Counted from the first letter of the stretch, positions 27,189-37,412 are shown. The stretch is 64,000 nucleotides of DNA from Candidatus Poribacteria bacterium (GCA_965205015.1 OZ242029.1:160001-224000); one strand, 5' to 3'. Notes: a model not told the origin generated them from the sequence alone. Numbers and translations: made by a program.

Positions 27189-28361
27189 ATGAAAATTAAA
27201 GACATACAGACAGTCCGAATCAACGTGCCACAACGCGACACCAAACGCACAGAACCCCGCCGTGAGGCGTGGAATGTCCACGCTGAAGTCGCCAACCCGA
27301 TGTCGCGCTACCCGCAATACAAACGCCACCGTTCCAGTTGGATGCCGAAGACGTGGGATCAGGTCTACGTCAAAGTCACCGCCGAAGACGGCACTTGGGG
27401 CATAGGAGAAACCTCCTTCGGTACACCCGTCGCCGCAATCATTGATGAGCACTTCGCACCGATGTTGATCGGTGAAAACTGCTTCGCCGTTGAAAAGATT
27501 TGGGATATGATGTTCCGTATGTCCAAACCCTACGGTTCGCAAGGCTTAACCAGTTGTGCGATGAGCGGGGTTGACATCGCCTTGTGGGATCTGAACGGCA
27601 AAATTAAGAACCAACCCGTCTATGAACTGCTCGGTGGACCGCTACGTGAAAAGATGTTCGCTTACGCCACGGGCAACGATACCGATTGGCAGTTGGAACT
27701 CGGATTCAAAGCCGTGAAATTGGCGTGTCCCTACGGACCGGTGGACGGCGAATGGGGCTTGAAAGAGAACGAAAAACTGGTCGCGAAGACCAGAGAAACC
27801 GTCGGGGACGACGTTGAAATTATGCTCGATTGCTACATGGCTTTCGATGTCGATTATACCATCCGCTTAGCACACCGTCTCCGTCCGTATCGTCTCAAGT
27901 GGATTGAGGAGTTTCTCATTCCAGAAGATATTGACGGGTTAGTCAAAGTCAAAGAGGCTGTCGATTGGGTCAGCTTAGCCAGTGGCGAACACCATTACAC
28001 CCGTTTCCCATTTCAGCAGATTATCGAAAAACGGTGCCTGGATATCCTGCAACCCGATACCTTTTGGGTAGGTGGGATAACCGAATGCGTCAAAATCTGC
28101 CATCTCGCAGATGCTGCCGGACTCACTGTAATTTTCCATGGCGGCGGACTCCGGCAATCCGGACTCCATCTTTCCGCCGCTATGCCGAACACGCCTTGGG
28201 TGGAATACTATCTCGGCACCCCACCCGGTGTTCCGTTAGAGGAAACGAAATTGTTTGAAGGTGAGTCGCTCCCAACGGATAGCTACATCTCTCCAAATGA
28301 CGGTCCCGGACTCGGTTTGCACATTGAAGAGGCGTGGCTCACACCGAGGAATCCGCGATAA
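27189..28361 (+). CDS. Enolase-superfamily acid-sugar dehydratase, L-rhamnonate dehydratase-like
   Basis: VANPMSRYP, SGVDIALWD, YATG, MLDCYM, WIEE, SGEHH, LQPD. Confidence 0.8.
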   Translation: MKIKDIQTVRINVPQRDTKRTEPRREAWNVHAEVANPMSRYPQYKRHRSSWMPKTWDQVYVKVTAEDGTWGIGETSFGTPVAAIIDEHFAPMLIGENCFAVEKIWDMMFRMSKPYGSQGLTSCAMSGVDIALWDLNGKIKNQPVYELLGGPLREKMFAYATGNDTDWQLELGFKAVKLACPYGPVDGEWGLKENEKLVAKTRETVGDDVEIMLDCYMAFDVDYTIRLAHRLRPYRLKWIEEFLIPEDIDGLVKVKEAVDWVSLASGEHHYTRFPFQQIIEKRCLDILQPDTFWVGGITECVKICHLADAAGLTVIFHGGGLRQSGLHLSAAMPNTPWVEYYLGTPPGVPLEETKLFEGESLPTDSYISPNDGPGLGLHIEEAWLTPRNPR

Positions 28362-28362
28362 T

Positions 28363-29022
28363 ATGATTCGCTATATCATCTTTCTGATCCTATTCTGTAT
28401 CGGTGGTAACGCGTCCGCCCAAACGCTCATTGATTCAATTATTGCGGTCATCAACGAAGATGCTATTACACGTAGCGAACTCGAAGATGAATTCCGTATC
28501 GCTGTACTTGTGGGCATACGCGCCGACACACCACCGACCGCTGCTGAGAAACGCGCCGTACTCAATACCATTATCAACCGCAAATTCGTCCTACAAGAAG
28601 CTGAACGCCGCGGTATCGTTGTAACCGAGCGTGAGACACAGGTCGCCGCAAAAATAGCAGAAATTTCCGACAAATATGCCTCGGACACAGCGTTCCAAAG
28701 CACTTTGCAGCAGTCCCAATTGGAAAAATCGGCAATAGACGCATGGATCTACGATCAGTTGATTTACCATGAATTCTTTCGCCGTATATTTTTCAATGCC
28801 GTCAACAGCGAAAAGGTCGCGCAATTAGCCAAGGCATATTACAATGCCAATAGCACCCAGTACCAAAAAACGTATGAAGAAGTCAGTGAGGAAATCACAG
28901 AGCGGATTCGGCAGGAACTGGCAAACGAACAGTTTGAAACGTGGTTAACCACACAGAAAGAAGAGGAAACTTGGCATATTTTGGATGATGAACTTGCTCA
29001 AGAGAAAAACGAGGCGAAGTAA
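28363..29022 (+). CDS. SurA N-terminal domain protein (periplasmic chaperone-like)
   Basis: Signal peptide; IDSIIAVINEDAITRSEL, LQEAERRGI; no PPIase domain seen. Confidence 0.7.
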   Translation: MIRYIIFLILFCIGGNASAQTLIDSIIAVINEDAITRSELEDEFRIAVLVGIRADTPPTAAEKRAVLNTIINRKFVLQEAERRGIVVTERETQVAAKIAEISDKYASDTAFQSTLQQSQLEKSAIDAWIYDQLIYHEFFRRIFFNAVNSEKVAQLAKAYYNANSTQYQKTYEEVSEEITERIRQELANEQFETWLTTQKEEETWHILDDELAQEKNEAK

Positions 29023-29074
29023 ACGGATGTGGTATAATTACCCCCGAAAACGTGTTAAAGACAGACAAACTACG

Positions 29075-30670
29075 GTGAGATGTGAACATTTCATCATCGT
29101 TACGCTTCTCCTTCTGTTCGCTGCGTCGGCGGTTGGAAACGATATAGCAGGCGCTCCCAAAGCGTTCCAGAAGCAGTTGCAAGATGCCCAGCATGCGTTT
29201 CAAGCCAAGAAGTGGCACGAGGCACTCCGTTTATACCGAGCCCTCGCTAAAAAGGCACCCGAATCCCCGATTGTTTACATCGGTGAGGGAGATGCCGCCG
29301 CAAAACTGAAGGACTATCCCACCGCTATTACCGCTTTTCAACATGCCTTGCAACACCTCTCAACACACCCTCAAGGCGACATTACAATATCTCGCCTACA
29401 GCTTACGGTGCAAGGTAAACTCGCTGCTGCATATCATCGCAATAAACAACTCGACGAAGCCGATATATGGTTCCAAAAAGCCGTTAAAGGCGCAGGCGAA
29501 GATGCCCCAGTAGCATGGTATCTCGCTTTAGGGCAGATTGAAACTGAGCGTGGTAACTTAGAGCAGGCACGCAGATATTATATCGTTGCCGTGCAGCTAC
29601 ATCCAGAGACAACCGCTGCCTACAATAATCTTGGGCACATCCTTCTCAAACTCAACCGTATCGACGAAGCAGATGCCGTATTTCGGGAAGCACTCACCCA
29701 AGACGGGACCCTTGCGAGTGCTGCCTTCGGGCGCGGTGAAGTCGGCGCAAGACGCGGCCAATTTGCTGTCGCCCAACGCTTCTATGAACGTGCCATCCGA
29801 CATGCCCCAGACGAACCTATCTTTCACAAATCACTCGCAGATGTTCTCCATCATATGGGAAACAACAGAGAAGCCGAAATCGCCGAAGCGCGGCATCGCC
29901 GAACGCTGGCAGAACGCTACCGTCGCCAAGCCCATTGGTTCATTGAGAATAAACAACCACAGCGCGCCTTAATACCTCTCCAAAAAGCCATTGAAGCGGA
30001 TAAAACCTTCATTGCCGCATTGAAAGACTACGCCTACGTTCAGATGCAACTCGGCGAATTCGCAGATGCAAAGCAATCGTATCAGCGTGTACTCACGATA
30101 GAACCCGCTTCACGTCAGGCACTTCTGCACCTCGGCATGATAGATGCCAAACTCGGAAACCAAGCGGCAGCGGTTTCACACTATCTCGCGCTGATCCAAC
30201 ACGAACCGGATTTTATGGACACCTACGTGCAACTCGCAAACTTGCATGAGAAATCCGGGGATTTACCAGCCGCCGCAAACGCGCTCACGATGGGGATACA
30301 CCACGAACCGACATGGGCACCAGGATATTTGTGGCGTGGAAAGATTTACCAAAAGCAGAATGAATCCAGCATGGCAGAAACCGATTTCCGTCGCGCCATT
30401 CACCTCGCCCCGGATGTCCCGTTCCCGAAAGAAGCATTAGCGTCCCTACTTGCAGAAGAAAACAGGCAACTCCCTGAAGCCCTCACTCTCGCCGAGATTG
30501 CCGTTAAAAGCGAAGATCGACCGACACACCGTGCCACGCTTGCCTTCGTCTATTACCGTCTCAACCGCATTCCCGAGGCACGCCGTGAAATTGCAGCTGC
30601 GCTCACTCAAGCGCCTAAACACCCCTATATTCTAAGAATTCGCTCAGAAATTCTAAAAACCGATCCATAG
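29075..30670 (+). CDS. Exported TPR-repeat protein
   Basis: Multiple TPRs (AYNNLG and similar); start uncertain, GTG 29075 precedes a hydrophobic signal and follows TGGTATAAT. Confidence 0.75.
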   Translation: MRCEHFIIVTLLLLFAASAVGNDIAGAPKAFQKQLQDAQHAFQAKKWHEALRLYRALAKKAPESPIVYIGEGDAAAKLKDYPTAITAFQHALQHLSTHPQGDITISRLQLTVQGKLAAAYHRNKQLDEADIWFQKAVKGAGEDAPVAWYLALGQIETERGNLEQARRYYIVAVQLHPETTAAYNNLGHILLKLNRIDEADAVFREALTQDGTLASAAFGRGEVGARRGQFAVAQRFYERAIRHAPDEPIFHKSLADVLHHMGNNREAEIAEARHRRTLAERYRRQAHWFIENKQPQRALIPLQKAIEADKTFIAALKDYAYVQMQLGEFADAKQSYQRVLTIEPASRQALLHLGMIDAKLGNQAAAVSHYLALIQHEPDFMDTYVQLANLHEKSGDLPAAANALTMGIHHEPTWAPGYLWRGKIYQKQNESSMAETDFRRAIHLAPDVPFPKEALASLLAEENRQLPEALTLAEIAVKSEDRPTHRATLAFVYYRLNRIPEARREIAAALTQAPKHPYILRIRSEILKTDP

Positions 30671-30956
30671 GGTCAACTTCCGAATAATGACTTCCACGTT
30701 TTTTGTTGAAAATTAAAGTGGAAAATAGTATAATTTACTCAAATTGTATGGTACATGGATATGGAGAGTCCCGTTTTAACCTGAACAGGCTTTATTAGCC
30801 ACACCATGAGATTCGCGATTCTTCCATAATTGTCTACTTTAGTATATAGAGTGAGTCTATCTATTTTTTATTACATTTGCCAAAGCAGATCTCACATCTC
30901 CGACCCGAAGGTTCGGGGTTTTAAACCTAAAGGAAATTTGATAAGGAGCCCTAACA

Positions 30957-31358
30957 ATGTTAAAATTTCAGATGTTTTTAATTGCAGTTTTGATCGCCTG
31001 TTTCGCCTTTGTATCCTGTGAAAGAGCGCAGCAGGTCTTGACACCGGCTACGGATAGTATGATGTCAGGTAGCGATTCGGAAAAGATGGACACCTCCATG
31101 GGCGAAACCGACATGGATAAAGACATGGACGGCGAAACCGACATGGATAAAGACATGGATGGTGAAACCGACATGGATAAAGACATGGACGACGAAACCG
31201 ACATGGATAAAGACACGGATAAAGACATGGACGGCGAAACCGACATGGATAAAGACACGGACGGCGAAACCGACATGGATAAAGACACGGACGGCGATGC
31301 CACGAAAGGTGATGATGACGCGGGTAGCACAGCTATTGAAAATACTGGTGCCGAATAG
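30957..31358 (+). CDS. Lipoprotein consisting mostly of Asp/Met-rich GETDMDKDMD repeats
   Basis: AAGGAG SD; lipobox FVSC; tandem repeats. Confidence 0.75.
   Translation: MLKFQMFLIAVLIACFAFVSCERAQQVLTPATDSMMSGSDSEKMDTSMGETDMDKDMDGETDMDKDMDGETDMDKDMDDETDMDKDTDKDMDGETDMDKDTDGETDMDKDTDGDATKGDDDAGSTAIENTGAE
31101..31297 (+). repeat. Coding 30-bp tandem repeat, about 6 copies
   Basis: GGCGAAACCGACATGGATAAAGACATGGAC units, one with a 12-nt insertion. Confidence 0.9.
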
Positions 31359-31378
31359 TCCGATATCATAATCCCTAT

Positions 31379-31431
31379 AAAAACGGAATTGATCACTCTA
31401 CTCTATTTTGGAGGGGTCAGTTCCGTTTTTT
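31379..31431 (+). terminator. Intrinsic terminator-like hairpin
   Basis: AAAAACGGAATTGA...TCAGTTCCGTTTTTT. Confidence 0.6.
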
Positions 31432-31673
31432 CTTCGGTGTCGTTCGCACTGACATCTTTCTCCCCTATTCCTCCATCCACTCCAAACTATAGAGAAGAGC
31501 ATCTCCACAGTTTTTTCTTGAAAATTAAGTCGCAATGCTATATCATTTAAAGTGAGGTTGTGTAACATATAAACGCGAAGAGGACCACAATAATGTGGAT
31601 GGGCTTTGTCGCTTAAAGCTTGTAACTCTTTGATGTCTTTTCACTTTCAAATATAAAATAAGGAACATTAACA

Positions 31674-32390
31674 ATGTTAAAACTCCAGGCCGCTTTAATT
31701 GCTGTTTTAATCGCTTCTGTCGCCTTCGTATCCTGCGACAGAGCACAGCAAATGTTGGATCCTGTCGTCGTCGAGGATATGAGGACAGAGATGAAGAAAA
31801 TACTGGACGCAGGAACGTATACGTCGTGGGCGCATGTCGCACTTCCCGCGCCTACTGTCTCCGTCGCTGAGGCTACAACCGCCGCTGAGACTGGGGCGGC
31901 TCACAACCCAGGCAGCGATGTTTTTACCTCACGCACTGTCTACATCAACGAAATGGGTGCCATGGCGAACAAGGCAGGAACAGCATATCCCGCTGGCACC
32001 ATAATTTTCAAGGCAATCATGGATGAGACCGAAACGTTTGTCGATAAAGTCGCCATGATGATGAAAAGTGATGACGAGATGTATACCGGTCACGCGGGTT
32101 GGAGATATGAAAAATATGCTCGGCCCAGTGAAGATGGCGAGTATATGCAGGTCAGAGGGTCCAACCTTGAAGATGCAGGTAACGGCTGTCACGGTTGCCA
32201 CGCAAAAGCCACGAATGACAGTGTCTTCGTTTCACTCCCCATGGATAAAACGCCAGAGACGTCCGACGCTGATGCTGGTGATACCGGCGATGACGATGAC
32301 GCTGATACTGGCGACGATACCGGCGATGACGATGCCGATGATACCGGCGACGATACCGACGCTGATGCTGGTGATAGCGATCCCCAGTAG
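31674..32390 (+). CDS. Cytochrome P460-family monoheme lipoprotein with acidic tail
   Basis: Lipobox FVSC; YPAGTIIFK, MMK, GWRY, C-terminal CHGCH followed by DSVF. Confidence 0.75.
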   Translation: MLKLQAALIAVLIASVAFVSCDRAQQMLDPVVVEDMRTEMKKILDAGTYTSWAHVALPAPTVSVAEATTAAETGAAHNPGSDVFTSRTVYINEMGAMANKAGTAYPAGTIIFKAIMDETETFVDKVAMMMKSDDEMYTGHAGWRYEKYARPSEDGEYMQVRGSNLEDAGNGCHGCHAKATNDSVFVSLPMDKTPETSDADAGDTGDDDDADTGDDTGDDDADDTGDDTDADAGDSDPQ

Positions 32391-32412
32391 TCGGTCTCAC
32401 AACACCTACGAG

Positions 32413-32457
32413 AAGGGGATTGGTAACAACTTTCTATTGTTACCAGTCCCTTTTTTT
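32413..32457 (+). terminator. Intrinsic terminator between convergent genes
   Basis: GGGATTGGTAACAA/TTGTTACCAGTCCC stem followed by T7. Confidence 0.8.
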
Positions 32458-32465
32458 ATTACACC

Positions 32466-34226
32466 TCAACTGATAAATGCTCCGCTTTGCGCTGGCAGTG
32501 AAATGCTTAGGGAATCCTCTGAGACTGTCACTCGATTTCCATTGAGCAGGTCCTTCGCAGAAATTTGAAACGACGAAACCGGAACATCGATTGTCTGAGA
32601 ACGCCGACTCCTATTCAATGCGATGAGGATAGAATTCGCTTTTGAAGTGCGGAGATACGCGTAAGTCCCCTTTTGAACGTTCAAATGAACAACTTGTCGC
32701 GTACCAGAAGTAAGTCCCGAAAACTGATTCCGTAAGGTTCCCAAGCGTCGGAAATAGTCCAACAAGTCTTCGTCCGCTTTATCCCCCCACGGCATCGGTA
32801 ATCGCGCTTCCTCGAAACGCCCAAGCGGATTTCTTTGTGAAACGCCAACCTCAGTTCCATTGTAAATCACAGGCGGCGCGGAGAGTGTGAACAGCACCAA
32901 TGCCGCCAATTTGACTTTCGCCTTATCCGCTTTCGCTAAATAGAGAATGCGCGTCATATCGTGGTTATCCAGAAACGCTGGCAGTGAAAAGTTATCTGGA
33001 AAGTATGTCTCATGCGCTGCCAAAAACGCTTCAAATTCCAAGAGTGTCGAAGTTTCAAGGACAAAGGTTCTCCGGAGTGCATCCGCAAGCAGGAAATCGA
33101 GGCACCCATCAAAATGTGGGATATAGGACGCGATCACTTCCGAATGACTCACGACCTCCCCAAACAGAAAAGCGTCAGGCTTCACGGCTTTGCAGGCTCG
33201 GCGAAAATCTGCCCAGAACGTCCGTGGCGGACCTGGCGCATAGTCGAGCCGATACCCATCAACACCTTTCTGAAGCCAATGCTGTGCACACCGCAATAAA
33301 TAATCGCTCACCGGTGTGTGTTTTAAGTTCAACTGTGGCATTCCCTTCACAGTGAAGAAACTTGCGTATTCGTCGGGCCAGCGCTGCCATGTGTACCACG
33401 CTCGATACTCACTATCCGGGTCCCGCTGCGCTTCTTGAAACGTCGGATGGTGGTTCGACCAGTGGTTGGCAACAAAATCGAGGATAATCCGTATGCCACG
33501 CCGATGCGCTTTTTCGATGAATTCTACCAGTTCCGCATTTGTGCCGAACCGAGGCTCAACGGTGTAATAATCTGTCGCATCGTAGCCGTGGTGAGAGGGG
33601 CTTGCAAAGACGGGGGAAAGCCAGATTGCAGTGCATCCAAGCGATTGAATGTAGTCAAGCTTCTGAATTGCGCCACGGAGCGTTCCACCGAAAAACCCAG
33701 AGAGGTTTGTCGGTTTCTTCCACGGCACACCATCTCCCGGATAGAATCGATCAAGAAAAATGTGATAGATAACCGCATCGCGGACCCATTTCGGCACGTC
33801 GCAATCGTCAACACAAATAGCGAATTCCGTTGCTTCGGATAACACCCGCGCTTGGTTATCCGCAAAGATCCATCCATCTGATCCCACGACGCGTCCACCA
33901 ATCCTATAGCGGACGACTCTCCCATCCGGTTGTGGTGGAATTTGCCCATGCCAGTGGTGTAGATATCGCCACTCAAGTGCGTTCCATACCGACCCACTCG
34001 ACGTGAGTTCAAACGTGGATGCCTCACCATCTACGTCCACCCAACAGCGAACCGAATCGTAGGCGACACCACCAGACGTTGTCACGTAAATGTCAATCGG
34101 TTGATTCGGCTGCGGTCGCCATCGGTTCGTAAGCGGTGGATTTAATCGGTGAAGGTGCTTGATACCCGCTAAATTGCTACGGTATTCGGCAATACGGTTC
34201 TCGGAATCTCTTTGCGGACCAAACAT
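32466..34226 (-). CDS. GH13 alpha-amylase family (neopullulanase/cyclomaltodextrinase-like)
   Basis: YHIFLDRF, HGYDATDY, DFVANH, GYRLD, GEV, FLDNHD. Confidence 0.9.
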   Translation of the reverse strand: MFGPQRDSENRIAEYRSNLAGIKHLHRLNPPLTNRWRPQPNQPIDIYVTTSGGVAYDSVRCWVDVDGEASTFELTSSGSVWNALEWRYLHHWHGQIPPQPDGRVVRYRIGGRVVGSDGWIFADNQARVLSEATEFAICVDDCDVPKWVRDAVIYHIFLDRFYPGDGVPWKKPTNLSGFFGGTLRGAIQKLDYIQSLGCTAIWLSPVFASPSHHGYDATDYYTVEPRFGTNAELVEFIEKAHRRGIRIILDFVANHWSNHHPTFQEAQRDPDSEYRAWYTWQRWPDEYASFFTVKGMPQLNLKHTPVSDYLLRCAQHWLQKGVDGYRLDYAPGPPRTFWADFRRACKAVKPDAFLFGEVVSHSEVIASYIPHFDGCLDFLLADALRRTFVLETSTLLEFEAFLAAHETYFPDNFSLPAFLDNHDMTRILYLAKADKAKVKLAALVLFTLSAPPVIYNGTEVGVSQRNPLGRFEEARLPMPWGDKADEDLLDYFRRLGTLRNQFSGLTSGTRQVVHLNVQKGTYAYLRTSKANSILIALNRSRRSQTIDVPVSSFQISAKDLLNGNRVTVSEDSLSISLPAQSGAFIS

Positions 34227-34246
34227 AATCTCCTCTCCTGAGAAAC

Positions 34247-34277
34247 AAAAAAGCCGTGTAGCAGGTACACGGCTTTT
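34247..34277 (-). terminator. Intrinsic terminator
   Basis: AAAAAAGCCGTGTA-GCAGG-TACACGGCTTTT. Confidence 0.75.
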
Positions 34278-34298
34278 CGATCTTAATTACAAATTTAC

Positions 34299-35225
34299 TT
34301 ACTTATCGCCCCAGGCGCGCCCACGTGGAATCAATAACAGCTGTCCCACACTCAGTTTGCTCCGATCGAAGATGTAATCGTCCTGGTTCGCGGCGACTAA
34401 CCGTTCCCACATCTCCGCATTATCGAAAATCTCAGGACGCGCAGCGATGCGTTTGAGTGCCGCCTCGCCGTTTTCTTCCTGAATATCCCCTTCCTGCACA
34501 TGGTATTTGTAAAGCACTTCAGGACTGGTGATGCTGAAACTGAAACTGTGTGAACTTTCGAGGGCATTGCCTGCCATATCCGTAGCACCGGAGACGGTGA
34601 CAGTATACATACGTCCTGCGCGCATCGGCATATCGGATGTAAACGTCACGGAATCACCACTCCCGCTCACTGTACCCGACAGCATTGCGTTCATCGGTTC
34701 ACTCATTGAATCTTCCGTTTTCGTAACTGCTACATCCACAGAAACACTGTTGCTATCAATCGGTTCGCTGAAGGAAACCGACACGCTATCCATCACATTC
34801 AGCGAATCCTCGTACTCAGAGAAAACCGTGCCATCTGCAGGTTCATTCAGTGTCACTGTCGGCGGAGTCGCGTCAGTGTAGGTAAATTTCTGTGAAAGTG
34901 TGACCGGTACTTCAGGTTTTCCTTTATTCGTAACGACGATGGACACAGATTCTCCTGCCATGCCACCGGGCGTCACTGCCGTGATTTGTGTTTCACTTGG
35001 GACGGTTACACTTTGCGCATTTTTCCCACCGAACGTCACGGTTACACCGTTTTTCATATCAAATTTTTCGCCAGTAATCTGGACAGTCGTCCCGCCGGTT
35101 TCGGGTCCCTGTGTCGGATTCATCCCGCTCGGTATCGGTTCTGGATTACAGCCAGCACATCCTGCCATCCAGGCGCAGACAATCGCCAAGACAGCCAGTA
35201 CGGCTATATGTCTGGGGTTTCTCAT
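34299..35225 (-). CDS. Lipoprotein with IPT/TIG, Ig-like (Big_5) and LysM-like domains
   Basis: MAGC lipobox; PTQGPETGGTTVQITG; DATPPTV...FSEPID...DMAGN; YHVQEGD...LSVGQLLLIP. Confidence 0.75.
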   Translation of the reverse strand: MRNPRHIAVLAVLAIVCAWMAGCAGCNPEPIPSGMNPTQGPETGGTTVQITGEKFDMKNGVTVTFGGKNAQSVTVPSETQITAVTPGGMAGESVSIVVTNKGKPEVPVTLSQKFTYTDATPPTVTLNEPADGTVFSEYEDSLNVMDSVSVSFSEPIDSNSVSVDVAVTKTEDSMSEPMNAMLSGTVSGSGDSVTFTSDMPMRAGRMYTVTVSGATDMAGNALESSHSFSFSITSPEVLYKYHVQEGDIQEENGEAALKRIAARPEIFDNAEMWERLVAANQDDYIFDRSKLSVGQLLLIPRGRAWGDK

Positions 35226-35448
35226 TAATTCGGTCTCCTTGTGGTCAGAAAGGTCTCATTCGGGCTCGCGCCAAATTTTACTATTGAAAGTGGCACATCT
35301 TGCACGCCAAACTTTACTATTAAGAGAAGGATTTCGTGATTAGAGGGACACCTCTAAATTACACCTTAAGCTATTATACACGTAAATCGAAACGGTTGTC
35401 AACACTTTTTTCCGCAAACGACAAGCGAAAACCTGCGCTACCCATATT

Positions 35449-36297
35449 CTAACCGCGCCAAGTCGTCCGCTTGAGTGGATCGCTGACATTAACAGTTAAC
35501 GCTGGACCGAAACCTTCTACGGATAACTTTACTGTGTCTCCGTCTCCAATTGCGGTGAGTGCCTCATGGTGTGTCCCTGTTGACACAACATCTCCCGGTT
35601 CCAACGTTACCACACTGGTCACCTCTGCGAGCAATTCGGGGATAAAGCGTGCCATGGAATTTGTAGAGAAATCGTGCTGGAGACCGTCGTTAATCCAGAG
35701 TTGCACGCCGAGGGCATTCCCATCACCCACTTCGTCAGCCGTAACGATCGCTGGACCCATCGGTGCAAACGTATGCCAACTTTTTCCTAAGAAGAAACCA
35801 CCGGGCAACCCTCGCGCAGAAACATCAATAAATTGCGTGTAACCAAACACACAGTCTAACGCGTTATCTTCCGATAGATGCTTCGCCGTTTTACCGATCA
35901 CAATCGCTAATTCCGGTTCAAAGTGGAACACGGTTACATCAGCTTCTGGAAGTTCCACTGTCCCCTTCGTGGCAATAATGCCGGTCGGCGACTTCAGAAA
36001 GGCATTGAAATCCCCGCGCGACGGACTATCCGGTTCAATGTAATTGCCCGCCAAGCAGACGAGTTGTCCCGGGCGCGGGACGGGTGCTTTAAGGCTGATG
36101 CCGTCCAAAGCAGTGGCAGCACCGTTTTCAACTGCGTCCTCTATGGTCGGACGTAGATTATCAAAATCCTCAATTACCGTTCGTATGAGTTCTTGCGGTG
36201 TATGGTAGGAAACACCGCTGAGTGCCCCGCTGATGTCAACAATCCCGTCTGCTGTTATTACACCGAGCTGGTAATCATTAAAAAAGGCAAGTTTCAT
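35449..36297 (-). CDS. Fumarylacetoacetate hydrolase family protein
   Basis: GNY, FLKSP, HFEPEL, DVSAR, GKSWHTFAPMGP, LEPGDVVSTGT. Confidence 0.9.
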   Translation of the reverse strand: MKLAFFNDYQLGVITADGIVDISGALSGVSYHTPQELIRTVIEDFDNLRPTIEDAVENGAATALDGISLKAPVPRPGQLVCLAGNYIEPDSPSRGDFNAFLKSPTGIIATKGTVELPEADVTVFHFEPELAIVIGKTAKHLSEDNALDCVFGYTQFIDVSARGLPGGFFLGKSWHTFAPMGPAIVTADEVGDGNALGVQLWINDGLQHDFSTNSMARFIPELLAEVTSVVTLEPGDVVSTGTHHEALTAIGDGDTVKLSVEGFGPALTVNVSDPLKRTTWRG

Positions 36298-37412
36298 TTT
36301 TTCTCCTCAAGACATTTCGCAAGCGGATGACTCCGCTCCTCTAACGGCAGTTGCACCTTTGTTCCACTGAAATGGGAGACGTAGGTTGCGCTGACGCATT
36401 CAAGAGATGTAAGCGCGTTGCGTCCACCGAGTTCTGGTTGGTTTTCGTTAAGAATTGCGTCCCGTATATTTTTCGCGCTCCAGATGGTGTGGCGCGACTG
36501 CCACGGTCTTCCAGAGATAAGAAACGCTGATGCGTCAAGCGCTATCTGCTCCCATGCGGGTGTATGCGCTGCAAAAGAGACATCAAAGGGACAGTACCAC
36601 ATTTCATCTATACCGGTGTCTGGGTGCGGTTTTACCATCAATTGCCCCTCTGAACCGAGCAGGTGGGGTCCCATCATCCACCCGTGTCTCGGTTCGCGGC
36701 AATAGAGTTCCATGATGCCGTAGGCACTGTTTCCACCGCCGATATGTACGAGCATCGTGTCTCCCGCGACGATGCCATTGTCGCGGCGGTCGGTTTTGCA
36801 CAACTCACTGCTGTGCATAATGTCCGCTTCCGTCACATCATGTCCCTGATATGTGATATGCGCCTGAATCCAAGAGATGCCATCTAAGAAGAAATCCATC
36901 TCGTCAAAATAGTGCACCCCCATCTCCATCAACTCGAACCCCGCTTCACGTCCTTTGCCGACTTCACGAATCGAACGGAGTTCACCGATTTTTCCGGCAT
37001 CAATTAAGGATTTCGCGTGCCGAAAAAGCGGCGTAAATCGGAATTGGTGGCTGACCGCCAAGTGTACACCCGCCTCACGACATGCTGTAACCATTTGATC
37101 CGCCATTTCTAAATCGACGGACAACGGTTTTTCACATAAAACGTGGATGCCCTCTTTTGCGGCGGCAATCGCAATCGGCGCGTGTAACGGCGCGTGTGTA
37201 CACACACTTACGATATCGAGTCCCTCGCGTGCGAACATCTCTTCGTAATCAGTATATCGATTTGAAACACCGTATTCGTCGGCACGGCTGTTGAGCGCAT
37301 CTCGGTTTATATCACACATCGCGACGAGATCAATGCCTTCCAAGTTGGCGTGCGCGCCCGCGTGACTCCGGCTAATCCCGCCACAACCGACAATCCCTGC
37401 CCGTAATGTCAT
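36294..37412 (-). CDS. Gfo/Idh/MocA family oxidoreductase
   Basis: GIVGCGGIS, HVLCEKP, MGVHYFD. Confidence 0.9.
   Translation of the reverse strand: MTLRAGIVGCGGISRSHAGAHANLEGIDLVAMCDINRDALNSRADEYGVSNRYTDYEEMFAREGLDIVSVCTHAPLHAPIAIAAAKEGIHVLCEKPLSVDLEMADQMVTACREAGVHLAVSHQFRFTPLFRHAKSLIDAGKIGELRSIREVGKGREAGFELMEMGVHYFDEMDFFLDGISWIQAHITYQGHDVTEADIMHSSELCKTDRRDNGIVAGDTMLVHIGGGNSAYGIMELYCREPRHGWMMGPHLLGSEGQLMVKPHPDTGIDEMWYCPFDVSFAAHTPAWEQIALDASAFLISGRPWQSRHTIWSAKNIRDAILNENQPELGGRNALTSLECVSATYVSHFSGTKVQLPLEERSHPLAKCLEEKK

Noticed and set aside
31101-31297. 30-bp direct repeats as a possible CRISPR array
   Set aside because: Units are contiguous with no spacers, in frame inside a lipoprotein gene, and no cas genes are present.
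30968-31396. Minus-strand Ser-rich ORF (SVSLSM repeats)
   Set aside because: Antisense shadow of the repeat lipoprotein, which has the SD and lipobox.
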